A stretch of 64,000 nt of DNA from Gammaproteobacteria bacterium (GTDB taxonomy: Bacteria > Pseudomonadota > Gammaproteobacteria > Francisellales > CACEW01), in NCBI GenBank assembly GCA_030652335.1, contig JAUSAW010000004.1:11964-75963 (forward strand), in the 5' to 3' direction. Both the position numbers and the translations under genes were made by a program. The notes under the pieces were generated by a model. It saw only the letters and a list, made by a program, of their open reading frames with translations. It ran no database searches and was not told the origin of the DNA. Positions 1 through 9,760 of the stretch are shown here, piece after piece. Every line of letters begins with the position of its first letter. Position 1 is the first letter of the stretch.

Positions 1-351
1 CGCGCAAATATGACCCATGTAAGGGTTCATGATTTAAGACATACTTTCGGCAGGCGTTTAAGAGCGGCTGGCGTGAGTCTAGAAGATCGTGAAGACTTGC
101 TAGGTCATAAGTCGACTAGGATGACGACACATTATTCAGCGGCTGAGTTGTCTAAGCTACTGGAAGCGACTAATAGTCTTTGTGGAAAAAAGGAAAGTAC
201 GCCAGTTTTGACGCTTTTGCATAGAAGTATTAAGCAAGAGTCCCGCAAAACTCCCGCAAGGACAATAAAAGCTAAACCAGGAAATACTAAAGAAATGGTG
301 CCCGGGGCCGGAGTCGAACCGGCACGGCAGTTACCCACCGAAGGATTTTAA
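1..351 (+). CDS. int: Tyrosine recombinase / phage-type integrase, C-terminal part (5' end lies outside the window)
   Basis: HDLRHTFG (box II) and LGHKSTRMTTHY with the catalytic Tyr. The reading frame runs into the 3' end of the adjacent tRNA-Leu, as expected at an att junction. Confidence 0.8.
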   Translation, partial: RANMTHVRVHDLRHTFGRRLRAAGVSLEDREDLLGHKSTRMTTHYSAAELSKLLEATNSLCGKKESTPVLTLLHRSIKQESRKTPARTIKAKPGNTKEMVPGAGVEPARQLPTEGF

Positions 352-384
352 ATCCTTTGCGTCTACCTGTTTCGCCACCCGGGC
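296..384 (-). tRNA. leuZ: tRNA-Leu(UAA), type II with long variable arm
   Basis: Reverse complement folds as GCCCGGG acceptor, anticodon arm AAGGA-TTTAAAA-TCCTT (anticodon TAA), T-arm GCCGG-TTCGACT-CCGGC, and a 3' CCA. Confidence 0.9.
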
Positions 385-387
385 GGA

Positions 388-461
388 TGGAGGCTGGGGC
401 CGGAATCGAACCGGCGTCAAAGGCTTTGCAGGCCTCTGCATAACCATTTTGCTACCCAGCC
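388..461 (-). tRNA. cysT: tRNA-Cys(GCA)
   Basis: Reverse complement is GGCTGGG...CTGCAAA loop...GGTTCGATTCC...CCCAGCCTCCA. It resembles E. coli tRNA-Cys. Confidence 0.9.
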
Positions 462-549
462 ACGCTTTAAATCATTGAATCGAGAGTAAGTAGGACCCTC
501 AAAACAGGCATGCATTGTAACTAGAATCATGCATCGAAACAAGGGCTTT

Positions 550-1461
550 TTAATGACATGCGTCGATAATCTGCTGGCGCAACCAAATATGGCCTTGATC
601 TTTCTCATAGCGCTGGTGCCAAACGATACAAAAATCGATGTCTGGCATTTCAAATGGCACAGGCTTAATAACAAAATTGTATTTGCCTTGGTGCAATAAT
701 GCGACGCTTTCGATCATGGTCCCAATGAGTGTCGTGGATTGATCTATTAGCTGAAACATAGGAACGATAAAAGGCAGACCGATTTTGACATCGCGCTCCA
801 CTCCCAAGCTTAACAATGCATTGTCTATCAACATTTGAGCATTTGGATTGTCCACTCGAACCGCTACATGCTGATAAGAAAGATAATCCTGCAAACTGAT
901 TGCTTTCTTTTTAGCCAGGGCATGACCTGTATTTACTATACACACCACTTTCTCGTTAAATAAAGGATGCTTTTTGGCTGAGGCGTGACTTAAGGCCTGC
1001 TTGCCTATAGCCAAATCATACCACCCGTTTTCAAGAGCTTTAGCATCGCTTAATTGGTCGATCGATACTACCGTAATTTTAATGCCAGGCGCTCTTTCTT
1101 CTAAAAAATTTAGCAATTTAGGTAAAATTAATGAAGCCAGATAATCTGACATGCCAATTCTAAAAATACGCTGAGAAGTCATAGGATCAAAGCGCTGCCC
1201 GCTCGTCACTAGGCTGCGTACTTCCTCTACAACCTGATGTAGTTTCGGCTGCAAGTCTTTCGCATAACTGGTTAAAATCATATGATTTTTTTCGCGAAGC
1301 AATAACTCATCCTTAAATATTTCGCGCAATTGCTGCAAATTGTTGCTCATGGCAGCTTGTGTGATAAAAAGCTTCTTAGCCGCCTGGGTGACGCTTTTTT
1401 CAGCAAAAAGCATATCCAGGGCCACTAGCAAATTAATATTAAGACGATATAGATCCATCAC
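550..1461 (-). CDS. LysR-family transcriptional regulator
   Basis: N-terminal HTH (FAEKSVTQAAKKLFITQAAMSNNLQQLRE) with a LysR substrate-binding-like C-terminal domain. It is divergent from the MFS gene. Confidence 0.9.
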   Translation of the reverse strand: MMDLYRLNINLLVALDMLFAEKSVTQAAKKLFITQAAMSNNLQQLREIFKDELLLREKNHMILTSYAKDLQPKLHQVVEEVRSLVTSGQRFDPMTSQRIFRIGMSDYLASLILPKLLNFLEERAPGIKITVVSIDQLSDAKALENGWYDLAIGKQALSHASAKKHPLFNEKVVCIVNTGHALAKKKAISLQDYLSYQHVAVRVDNPNAQMLIDNALLSLGVERDVKIGLPFIVPMFQLIDQSTTLIGTMIESVALLHQGKYNFVIKPVPFEMPDIDFCIVWHQRYEKDQGHIWLRQQIIDACH

Positions 1462-1562
1462 AGCCCATCACTTAAACTTATCTAGGTTATTATAATAATC
1501 AATTTAACTTATACACATATTACACATATAATGCGCAAAGTTACAACAATTAAGGATAAATA

Positions 1563-2741
1563 ATGTTTATTATTACAGTGCTATTAGCGATACTAGGATT
1601 GATCGCCACGGATATTTTCGTACCATCACTTCCCGCCATTGGGCAAGCTTTTCATCAATCATTGAACCATACCGAGCTTACAGTAAGCCTTTTTTTGGTA
1701 GGATTTTCATTTTCTCAGTTAGTCTATGGGCCTATTTCAGATCGAGTGGGTCGCAAACCCCCTCTTATGGTAGGAGCGATTCTATTTGTGATAGGTTCAT
1801 TTATTTGCGTAATAGCACCCACATTTGTGATTTTTTGCCTGGGTAGAATCATCCAGGGTATCGCAGTTGGTAGCGGGTTATCGATAGCCAGAGTGATTTT
1901 ACGCGATAAATATGCTGGAAAAGAACTTGCTGTTAAAGTTTCACAGCTAGCCATTTTTGTTTCGCTTACCCCCGCCATCGCGCCCTTTTTAGGTGGGGTC
2001 TTACAGCAATACTTTGGCTATAAGGCGGTATTTATTTTCTTATTAGCTTATGGACTATTGCTTGTTGCCTTGCTTAGCTTCTGCTTTACAGAAACCATTA
2101 AGCATAAACATAAAGACTTAAGCTTTTCCCATGTAATACTGCATTATGGTCAATTATTAAAAAACTTCCAATTTATGCGCTACGTTATAATTTCAGGCTT
2201 TGCATTTGGCGCCATCATCCTCTATGCCAATATATTGCCCTTTATTATTCAGAACCAATTACATTTATCCGCCAAGCAAAACGGTGATGTATTATTATTG
2301 GCGGCCCTAGGATTATGCCTAGGCTCGTTTATTAGCAGCAAAACCGTGCATCGGTATAGCCCTACTAAATTAGTGCATCTAGGCCTTAGCATCTTGACCC
2401 TTAGCGGCTTTTTGTTAGTGCTCTGCGAAACTCTTTTTGGCGCGAGCTTACTCTCACTTATTCCGCTGATCTTTTTAATCACCCTATCCTGTGGATTTAT
2501 TTTCCCCAATTCCGTGGCATTGGCCTTTTCGCAAATTGACGTCAAAATCGGTATTGCAGGGGCTGTTTATGGGTTTGTGCAGATTTTTATATCGATGATG
2601 CTGAACTTTTTATTGAATGTAATACCAGACCAAGGGCAGACTCTGCTTGGGGTATTTTATATCGTAATGGGCCTAGCAGGATTAGGTTTATCCTGGAACT
2701 GGGTGAAAGCGAGATCTGCTATTCAAGAAACCGATGCATAA
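1563..2741 (+). CDS. MFS transporter, Bcr/CflA drug-resistance subfamily
   Basis: About 12 hydrophobic segments and MFS motif A (GPISDRVGRKPPLMVG). Confidence 0.85.
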   Translation: MFIITVLLAILGLIATDIFVPSLPAIGQAFHQSLNHTELTVSLFLVGFSFSQLVYGPISDRVGRKPPLMVGAILFVIGSFICVIAPTFVIFCLGRIIQGIAVGSGLSIARVILRDKYAGKELAVKVSQLAIFVSLTPAIAPFLGGVLQQYFGYKAVFIFLLAYGLLLVALLSFCFTETIKHKHKDLSFSHVILHYGQLLKNFQFMRYVIISGFAFGAIILYANILPFIIQNQLHLSAKQNGDVLLLAALGLCLGSFISSKTVHRYSPTKLVHLGLSILTLSGFLLVLCETLFGASLLSLIPLIFLITLSCGFIFPNSVALAFSQIDVKIGIAGAVYGFVQIFISMMLNFLLNVIPDQGQTLLGVFYIVMGLAGLGLSWNWVKARSAIQETDA

Positions 2742-3231
2742 TGTAGGTATCAACCAAGCCTTTTTCCTGATGGTTAAAGGCTGCAGGAACTACTCCTATC
2801 CTTTTAAAGCCTAATTTCTCCCAAAGCGTAATAGAGGCTATATTGGTACTGACCACAGCATTAAACTGCATCGCTTTATAGCCTAATTTTTTTGCTTCTA
2901 CTAAAGAGTGCTCGCCTATAGCTCGACCTATGCCAAGCCCACACTTATCGGGATGGACCATATAGCCTGCATTGGCCACATGAGAGCCTAGGCCTGGAAG
3001 ATTGGGCTTAATATAATAAGTTCCGACTATCTCATCCTTTAAGAGGGCCACATAAGTGGATCTTTTTTCATTTAAGCTTGGCATCCACATAACATAAGCC
3101 TGTTCTTTTGAAGTAGTCGGCTCATAGGGATAAGTGATGCCAGCGGCTACAACGCTATGGAATATTTCCCACACGGAATCAAAATCTTGTTCGGTTATTT
3201 TGCGGATGTTAAGGCGAGCAACTTCGGTCAT
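2719..3231 (-). CDS. GNAT-family N-acetyltransferase
   Basis: 170 aa with an acetyl-CoA binding-like core (GLGIGRAIGEHSLVEAKKLGYKAMQFN). Confidence 0.75.
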   Translation of the reverse strand: MTEVARLNIRKITEQDFDSVWEIFHSVVAAGITYPYEPTTSKEQAYVMWMPSLNEKRSTYVALLKDEIVGTYYIKPNLPGLGSHVANAGYMVHPDKCGLGIGRAIGEHSLVEAKKLGYKAMQFNAVVSTNIASITLWEKLGFKRIGVVPAAFNHQEKGLVDTYIMHRFLE

Positions 3232-3289
3232 ACTGAATCCTATTGAGACAATAGCTTTTCTTTACAAAACTACCACATTACTAGGTTTA

Positions 3290-3540
3290 TATAAATGACG
3301 AAATGCTACGAATGCGATAAACCATAGCAGTCCCAGTGCTTGCAAAGTAATAATTACAGCAAGCAAGGCATAATTCTGGCAAAACGCATACGATAAAATG
3401 CAGCGAGATTGATGGCATGTAAGCCACCCCATTTGCTTACTATTGAGTGTGTGATTAGAAAGCCAGAAATGACGAAAAATATCATTACCCCATAATAGCC
3501 GCTTTCAAAGATAATCTTAAAAATCGATGGCAGGGTTATG
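3290..3540 (-). pseudogene. Remnant of an acyltransferase-3 (OafA-like) membrane protein gene
   Basis: The minus-strand frame reads ...GYYGVMIFFVISGFLITHSIVSKWGG...FYRMRFARIMP, which is the family's N-terminal signature. It has no proper N-terminus, stops after about 55 codons, and continues out of frame. It falls below the ORF-track length cutoff. Confidence 0.5.
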
Positions 3541-3637
3541 GTTCATCAATTGTCCTGATAAATACATTATATAAAAGGCCATCGGGCCTAAATAGGGACA
3601 CATTATTGGGTAATCAAAAAACGAGGGCTTTAGAAAC

Positions 3638-3712
3638 TGGAGCGGGAAACGAGGCTCGAACTCGCGACCCCAACCTTGGCAAGGTTGTGCTCTACCACTG
3701 AGCTATTCCCGC
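3638..3712 (-). tRNA. glyW: tRNA-Gly(GCC)
   Basis: Reverse complement is GCGGGAATAGCTCAGTGGTAGAGCACAACCTTGCCAAGGTTGGGGTCGCGAGTTCGAGCCTCGTTTCCCGCTCCA. Confidence 0.95.
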
Positions 3713-3888
3713 AAACAGGTGCACATTTTAATTTATAAGCCAATAATGTCAACTGTTTTAGCAGAAAATGTAGCAACAAAGTTGTAATATCCGCTTTTGA
3801 ACGAAGTGGGGAGCATATGCGCTAAGTAAATAAAAGTCATTTCAATAAGCCAGTTTGACATAAACCGACGTCAGCCAACAGTCATCCG

Positions 3889-5790
3889 CTATATCTTTTT
3901 AATGCTCTCAAGATCTGTTTTTAAAATAGCGGTTAAATAAGCAGGGATTTCTTCTTTTTTAAAGGAGTCTCCAGAAAGCATGAAAAGCTTAGTGTAACCG
4001 CACTTATAGAGCACATCGGCAAGCTCTAAACCTCTCATACTAACTCCAGGCCCAAAATTATTATCAAGACAAATTTTGGTATCCTTAGGGTAGTGAGCGA
4101 TTTGCTCTAAAAAGTCCCGTGGATTATGAAAACATTTTACAGTTTTATTATAAAATATATAATCTTGAAGGTTCTTAGTAAATCTTTGATCATCATCGAC
4201 GATAATAAGATCAACCGCTTCACGAGAATGAGCCGTATTTTCATGAGCGGTATAATCAAAATTTTCTTCAATTTTAATAGGAATGCTAGAGGCTGATTGC
4301 TTAGGTATTATTTTTGTACCTAGCCTTACTGTACGATCTTGAATATCCTGTCTAACATAGTGGCTGGTAACAAGGAGCGATCGAGCTATATTGGTGTGTT
4401 CAATGACATCGAGGCCGTTTAAATTCTGTCTTAATAATTCATAATCCGTCAGCAAGAAGACCTTTTGCTTATCTGCCACTGGTAAATTATTAATAAAACG
4501 TATCGCTTTCTGACCCTCTTCAAAATGCTTTAATTGAATGCCTGGATACGTCTTTAAAATTTCTTTAAAATAAACGCCCCATGCCGCATGAATAGAACTA
4601 TCATCATCCAAGATAACGACTGTATCTTCTGAGCCTAAGTGAACCTCTTCTGCAAACCAATCAGGCACTTTGGCTCTTGGGAACGTTAAGGTTATTTTGG
4701 TACCTTTATCGACTATAGAATCAATAGAAAGCTTACCCTCATTGTGCTCCATGGCTTCATTAATTTGAGTATATCCAATACCGTGACCACCCCTTTTATC
4801 ATGGGTTACCGCTATATTACTCATGATTTTATCAACAATCTCAGCAGGCATGCCCTTGCCATCATCTTGTATAATAATGTTGACCTCGGTCGCAGTAGCA
4901 AGAAGCTTTAATATAATCTTGCCATCCCTCCCATCAAATGCACCCACCGCATTATTAATAATATTGGAGAGGGCACGTTTAAATTCAGTGGGGTCAATTT
5001 TTATAAAGACAGCATAGGAATCTTTATCAAACTCATCTTCAAATTTAATGGGCAATTTTTTATATTCTGATTTTTTAACAGATAAAAGTTGCAATAAACC
5101 AGCAGAAACAAACATTGGCTGACGGTTATCTTCTCTATGTTCTGAAGCGTTGCCAGCTGTTTCTATTTTACCAAACTCCAGCAGCTCATTAGCGATGTCA
5201 TTCATCGTCACTAAAGCGTCTCTCATACCAAGGCGTTCTCTTTCTGGTATGGCTTTAGCATCTAAAGAGCCTACTATCAATTTTAAGCTGGCTATAGGGG
5301 AACGGATATCATGAGCCACTTGATTAGCAATTTTGGTGAATTTAGTTTGTTGATATAGTGCTTGTTTATGCACCTCGTTTTCGAGCATCAAGCGCTCTAC
5401 TTCTTTACGACCAATTTCAATTTTTAATCGTTCAGCTTCTCTTCGATCGGTTATATCTAAACAGATGCCTATGACACCTATAATTTTATTATTTTCAATC
5501 AAAGGGGATTTTGTTGTTTCAGAAATAACAGTACGATCTAGCGATGGGATATTTTCAACCCTAGTTATTGTTTTACCGGTACTAATAACATATTGATCGT
5601 CTTTAATATAACCATCTGCAAATTTTTTCCAAGGCAGATCATAATCATTTTTACCAATTAACTCGCTATAATCGCTAAATCCGCTCATAGCTAAAAATAA
5701 TTTATTACAGCCTGAAAAAGTACCGTCCAAATTTTTCCAAAACATCGCGCAAGGAGCATGAAGAAGTATTGGATCTAACAACATAGACAT
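3889..5790 (-). CDS. Hybrid sensor histidine kinase (PAS - HisKA - HATPase_c - two receiver-like domains)
   Basis: H-box QVAHDIRSPIASL and G-boxes DDGKGMP / GGHGIGY. Two C-terminal REC-like modules follow (VVILDDD...LLTDYEL and LIIVDDD...ICLDNNF). Confidence 0.85.
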   Translation of the reverse strand: MSMLLDPILLHAPCAMFWKNLDGTFSGCNKLFLAMSGFSDYSELIGKNDYDLPWKKFADGYIKDDQYVISTGKTITRVENIPSLDRTVISETTKSPLIENNKIIGVIGICLDITDRREAERLKIEIGRKEVERLMLENEVHKQALYQQTKFTKIANQVAHDIRSPIASLKLIVGSLDAKAIPERERLGMRDALVTMNDIANELLEFGKIETAGNASEHREDNRQPMFVSAGLLQLLSVKKSEYKKLPIKFEDEFDKDSYAVFIKIDPTEFKRALSNIINNAVGAFDGRDGKIILKLLATATEVNIIIQDDGKGMPAEIVDKIMSNIAVTHDKRGGHGIGYTQINEAMEHNEGKLSIDSIVDKGTKITLTFPRAKVPDWFAEEVHLGSEDTVVILDDDSSIHAAWGVYFKEILKTYPGIQLKHFEEGQKAIRFINNLPVADKQKVFLLTDYELLRQNLNGLDVIEHTNIARSLLVTSHYVRQDIQDRTVRLGTKIIPKQSASSIPIKIEENFDYTAHENTAHSREAVDLIIVDDDQRFTKNLQDYIFYNKTVKCFHNPRDFLEQIAHYPKDTKICLDNNFGPGVSMRGLELADVLYKCGYTKLFMLSGDSFKKEEIPAYLTAILKTDLESIKKI

Positions 5791-5818
5791 AACAATACAT
5801 CCCCACTATTACTTGTTC

Positions 5819-6409
5819 TTATACGGTCAATAGGTCGCCAACCTCTGCTGTTAAATAGCGTTTATAATATTGTTCTGCCAAAGCGCTGTTTTCCTCAGGA
5901 GACCATGAAGAATAAATTTTATCAGTAGCCGGCTGAAATCTGCCATTACGTATTTCTAGATAAGCACCTTTTTCAACAGCCATGATTGAATGATAGCAGA
6001 AGGGTGGGATCTCAACAATTCTCACGTTGTTTTCATTCATTATTATTTTATTTTTTACTCTTCCTTCATTATCAAAAAGAAGTGCTATGAGATCACCTGA
6101 TAACCAGCATTTTAACTCCCATTGATTGGAAGCTACATGCATATGAGGCCTTACATAAGAGCCAGGGTGTAAACAATTTATAAATCTTTGCGGCGTTTCG
6201 TCATAGCTTTTGTGAACAAGTAAAGGCGCCCTAGCCCTTTGCAAGGTTGAGGCATATTGTAATGTGCCATCAATATCAGTTTGAGTAATTATTTTAATGC
6301 CATTCAAAGAGTTTGCTTTTTTATAGCCTTCTAAATTAGGGATCTCTCTAGGGCTATTTATAGGGCTTACATTAATGTAAGAAATCTTTTCAACTTTCTC
6401 TGCTATCAT
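5819..6409 (-). CDS. Cupin-fold protein, WbuC-like
   Basis: Motif NCLHPGSYVRPHMH followed by a beta-rich cupin core. The start was moved to an internal ATG preceded by GGAG; the ORF itself is open up to 6505. Confidence 0.5.
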   Translation of the reverse strand: MIAEKVEKISYINVSPINSPREIPNLEGYKKANSLNGIKIITQTDIDGTLQYASTLQRARAPLLVHKSYDETPQRFINCLHPGSYVRPHMHVASNQWELKCWLSGDLIALLFDNEGRVKNKIIMNENNVRIVEIPPFCYHSIMAVEKGAYLEIRNGRFQPATDKIYSSWSPEENSALAEQYYKRYLTAEVGDLLTV

Positions 6410-6575
6410 GGCAATTAGCTCCATTATTCGTGGAATAAACATGTATAAATAGACCACAGTATAATACAAGCTAAAACTTTTAACTACTCCCTGTTTTTTT
6501 ATCACGTTAAAATGAGGTTTTTATTACCCAACAAATCCCCGTAATGATATAATTTATGCCTTTCGAGAGGCCATT

Positions 6576-7037
6576 ATGATTACCTGGGCAATTAAAAAGT
6601 TTGAAAATTTATCTTTAAATGAACTTTATGCTATCTGGAATTTAAGAGAATCGGTCTTTATTATGGAACAACATTGCTTCTATTTGGATGCGGATGGCAA
6701 AGATTTAACGGCTGATCATGTATTGGGTTATGTCGGTGATCGATTAGCAGCCTACTCTCGAATTCTCTATCCCTCTAAACCAAATGAGCCTATACACTTC
6801 GGCCGGGTATGCACCCACCCAGAGCATCGTAACAGCGGCCTTGGAAAAGAGCTGATTAAACGGACCATGCAGTTTATAAAAGATCACACTGATGCTCAAA
6901 TAATCGAAATTTCAGCTCAAAGCTATTTATTGAAATTTTATCAGGGATTTGGGTTTAGCGTGATTTCCGATGCGTATCTCGATGCTAATATCGAGCATAA
7001 TGATATGCGGGCTCTAATCGAGCGGGATATCGCGTAA
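6576..7037 (+). CDS. elaA: GNAT acetyltransferase, ElaA family
   Basis: The N-terminus (LSLNELYAIWNLRESVFIMEQHCFYLDADGKDL) matches the ElaA pattern. An RNSGLGKELI acetyl-CoA site is present. Confidence 0.7.
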   Translation: MITWAIKKFENLSLNELYAIWNLRESVFIMEQHCFYLDADGKDLTADHVLGYVGDRLAAYSRILYPSKPNEPIHFGRVCTHPEHRNSGLGKELIKRTMQFIKDHTDAQIIEISAQSYLLKFYQGFGFSVISDAYLDANIEHNDMRALIERDIA

Positions 7038-7580
7038 GTTAACCCAGGCAGCATGTAGATAAATTAACATCGACCAGATAGTGAGAATGACGGCTATATA
7101 CATCATCACAAACCCTATCTTGATAAGCATTGAATCGCCTGGGGTTTGCGAAAACAAAATCACCAAAGCGGTCATTTGTGCAACCGTTTTAATCTTGCCG
7201 ATACTCGACACTTTAACAGTAGCGCGGCGACCTAATTCAGCCATCCATTCGCGTAGAGCCGATATTAAAATTTCGCGGGATACGATAACTAAGCCCGGAA
7301 TAGCCATCCAAGGACTTGGATATTCCGATACCAATAATACTAAAGCGACGGCAACCATTAATTTATCCGCAACGGGATCTAAAAACGCGCCAAAGGCAGA
7401 AGTTTCTTTAAGATATCGAGCTAGAAACCCATCCAACCAATCGGTCAATGCTGCAACCAGGAATATTCCTGCTGTCACCCATTCGCTATGGTGATAATGC
7501 AGATAAAAATTGAGGACGAACATGGGGATCAATACGATACGAAATACCGTCAAACCATTTGGTAATGTCCAAAATTTCAT
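7014..7580 (-). CDS. pgsA: CDP-diacylglycerol--glycerol-3-phosphate 3-phosphatidyltransferase
   Basis: CDP-alcohol phosphatidyltransferase motif (DWLDGFLAR...FGAFLDPVADK). It lies directly downstream of uvrC, as in E. coli. The start was set at MKFWTLPNGLTVFR by alignment to E. coli PgsA; the ORF is open to 7604. Confidence 0.9.
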   Translation of the reverse strand: MKFWTLPNGLTVFRIVLIPMFVLNFYLHYHHSEWVTAGIFLVAALTDWLDGFLARYLKETSAFGAFLDPVADKLMVAVALVLLVSEYPSPWMAIPGLVIVSREILISALREWMAELGRRATVKVSSIGKIKTVAQMTALVILFSQTPGDSMLIKIGFVMMYIAVILTIWSMLIYLHAAWVNLRDIPLD

Positions 7581-7626
7581 GAGAAGGCCCCAAGCCTGTG
7601 CCAATTATTGTTAAGATAGCAGATCA

Positions 7627-9465
7627 TTAAGCGGAAAGCATTAACTGAATGTGCTTGGCAAGATCGGGGCTAATACCCTGTACTTTACACAATTCATCGA
7701 GGGTAGCATTTTTCACTTCTCGCCACCCGCCAAAATGTCGAAGCAAGGCCTGACGACGCTTAGGCCCCACCCCTGGAATCGTCTCTAAAGTAGAAGTATT
7801 CCTCTTTTTGCTCAGCTTGCCGCGATGCCCTGTTATGGCAAAACGATGCGCTTCTTCGTCAATTTGCCGAATCATTAATAAGGCAGGATCATCAGCATCG
7901 AGCGATAGGGGCAAATCTTCATCGAGTCGCCATACTTTCTCTAGCCCTGTTTTGCGAGTAATGCCCTTGGCCAGCCCCAAAATTAAAATATGGCTCAACT
8001 CCAATTGCTTCATTACTTCATAAGCCTGTGATAGCTGGCCTTTGCCGCCATCGATTAAGATAATGTCAGGCAAGGGCTGGCTTTCTTTTTTTGCACGTTG
8101 ATAGCGTCGGGTTAATACTTGATGCATGGCGGCATAATCGTCGCCTGGTGTAATGCCTTCTATATTAAAATGCCGATAAAGTTTTTTAACCGGGCCAGTT
8201 TCATCGAATACTACGCAAGAAGCCACGGCTAACTCGCCCTGACTATGGCTAATATCAAAGCATTCCACTCGATGAATAGGCTGCTCCAACTTAAGCACTT
8301 CTTGAAATCGCTTCATGCGTTGTTGATTGCTTTGTTTGGTGGCTAAATAACTAATAAGAGCTTGATCGGCATTGAGCTTCGCCATCTCTAGCCATTTCGC
8401 ACGCGGACCACGAGGATTAAAGGTAAATTTCGGGATGCTACCCTGCAACTCGGTTAACGCCTCTACTAGCGCTGGATCGATCTCTAATTTTTCACTTAGA
8501 ATCACATCATCCGGCACAGATTTAGCACCCAATCCTGTGGTATAAAATTGCTCCAAAAAGGCTGCCAGCACTTCAGACTTACTAAGCGCCCAAGACCCCT
8601 GCGGGAAATACGTTTTATTCCCCAACATTCGGCCCATACGAATATATAAGACTTGCACACAAAACTGGCCCTGCTGCTCACTAACGGCGATGATATCGAC
8701 GCTGGCTTCGCTTTGAGTGCTGACGGCCTGCTGTTCTTGCAATTGTTGCAAGGCCATCAATTGATTACGCAGGCGAGCCGCCTCTTCAAAGGCCAGTCGG
8801 TCAGAAGCCTGCTCCATTTTATCGGCCAGGCTATTTAAAATGCTCTGATTTTTGCCCTGAAAAAATAATTTTACGTGCTCAACTTCTTGTTTATAATCGG
8901 CTTGACTGATCAGCCCAACACAGGGGCCGGAGCATCGCTTAATTTGATATTGCAGACAAGGCCGACTGCGGTTTTTAAAAAAGGCGTCCTCACATTGGCG
9001 AATCGGAAAAATCTTTTGTAATAGATGCAAGGTGCTTTTAACCGAAGCCATGCTGGGATAAGGCCCAAAGTAGAGCCCTTCTTTAGATTGACGCCCGCGA
9101 TGGGTGGTAATTCTGGGAAAAGCCTGCTGAGTAGAAAGATAAATGTAAGGGTAGCTCTTATCATCACGGAATACGATGTTATAGCGTGGGCGGTGCTGTT
9201 TAATTAGCGTGCTTTCTAAGATTAACGCCTCTTTTTCAGATAGGGTTAAGGTGACTTCGATCCTAACGATATTTTCAACCAAGGACTGGGTCTTAGCATC
9301 ATCGTGTTGACGATTAAAGTAGCTTGAGACTCGTTTTTTTAAATTTTTGGCCTTGCCGACATAGATAATCTCATCCTTTTTATCTAGCATGCGATATACG
9401 CCAGGCGAGGAGCTTAGGTGCTTTAAAAAGGTTTTAATATCAAATTCATGTTGCGCTTCAGTCAT
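7627..9465 (-). CDS. uvrC: Excinuclease ABC subunit C
   Basis: 612 aa with an N-terminal GIY-YIG module (GVYRMLDKKDEIIYVGKAKNLKKRV), a UVR domain, and a C-terminal HhH. Confidence 0.97.
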   Translation of the reverse strand: MTEAQHEFDIKTFLKHLSSSPGVYRMLDKKDEIIYVGKAKNLKKRVSSYFNRQHDDAKTQSLVENIVRIEVTLTLSEKEALILESTLIKQHRPRYNIVFRDDKSYPYIYLSTQQAFPRITTHRGRQSKEGLYFGPYPSMASVKSTLHLLQKIFPIRQCEDAFFKNRSRPCLQYQIKRCSGPCVGLISQADYKQEVEHVKLFFQGKNQSILNSLADKMEQASDRLAFEEAARLRNQLMALQQLQEQQAVSTQSEASVDIIAVSEQQGQFCVQVLYIRMGRMLGNKTYFPQGSWALSKSEVLAAFLEQFYTTGLGAKSVPDDVILSEKLEIDPALVEALTELQGSIPKFTFNPRGPRAKWLEMAKLNADQALISYLATKQSNQQRMKRFQEVLKLEQPIHRVECFDISHSQGELAVASCVVFDETGPVKKLYRHFNIEGITPGDDYAAMHQVLTRRYQRAKKESQPLPDIILIDGGKGQLSQAYEVMKQLELSHILILGLAKGITRKTGLEKVWRLDEDLPLSLDADDPALLMIRQIDEEAHRFAITGHRGKLSKKRNTSTLETIPGVGPKRRQALLRHFGGWREVKNATLDELCKVQGISPDLAKHIQLMLSA

Positions 9466-9760
9466 GGTAGATATTGTACTCCTCCTTTAAATTTCTTGAA
9501 ACCACTTAGATTTGCATTTAAGGTAAAAGCATCTAAGCCTGTATAAGAACCTTAGTTAGGAAGCCTGAACGGATGGCAACCCTAGACTTTAGCTATATAA
9601 TTTAACTGCAAGCTCGTCAAGATTTCAACGAGGGATCGATTAAACAAAGCAACCTTTCTACTATAAATTACTCAGCCTGCCCGACAATCTTCAAATGTAG
9701 ATGCGCAAACCCTGAGTTTGCACTAGAATTTGGTATAATTCATTCTCCTTATGGAATACT

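Noticed and set aside
1462-1562. Repeats in the LysR/MFS divergent promoter region: an ATTATAATAAT palindrome and a tandem TACACATAT x2 (1513-1530).
   Set aside because: These are plausibly the LysR T-N11-A operator and the MFS -10 region. However, the sequence is extremely AT-rich and I cannot tell a true site from background.
9466-9760. A possible GacA/LetA-controlled Rsm-type small RNA in the 295-bp uvrC-marC spacer. It has several GGA motifs and a half-match (CAAGAAATTTAAAG on the minus strand) to the LetA-box pattern TNAGAAATTTCTNA.
   Set aside because: Only one half of the palindrome matches. I found no convincing -10 element at the right distance and no terminator. GGA triplets are not obviously placed in hairpin loops. 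The extended -10 promoter for marC (TGGTATAAT near 9733) explains part of the region.
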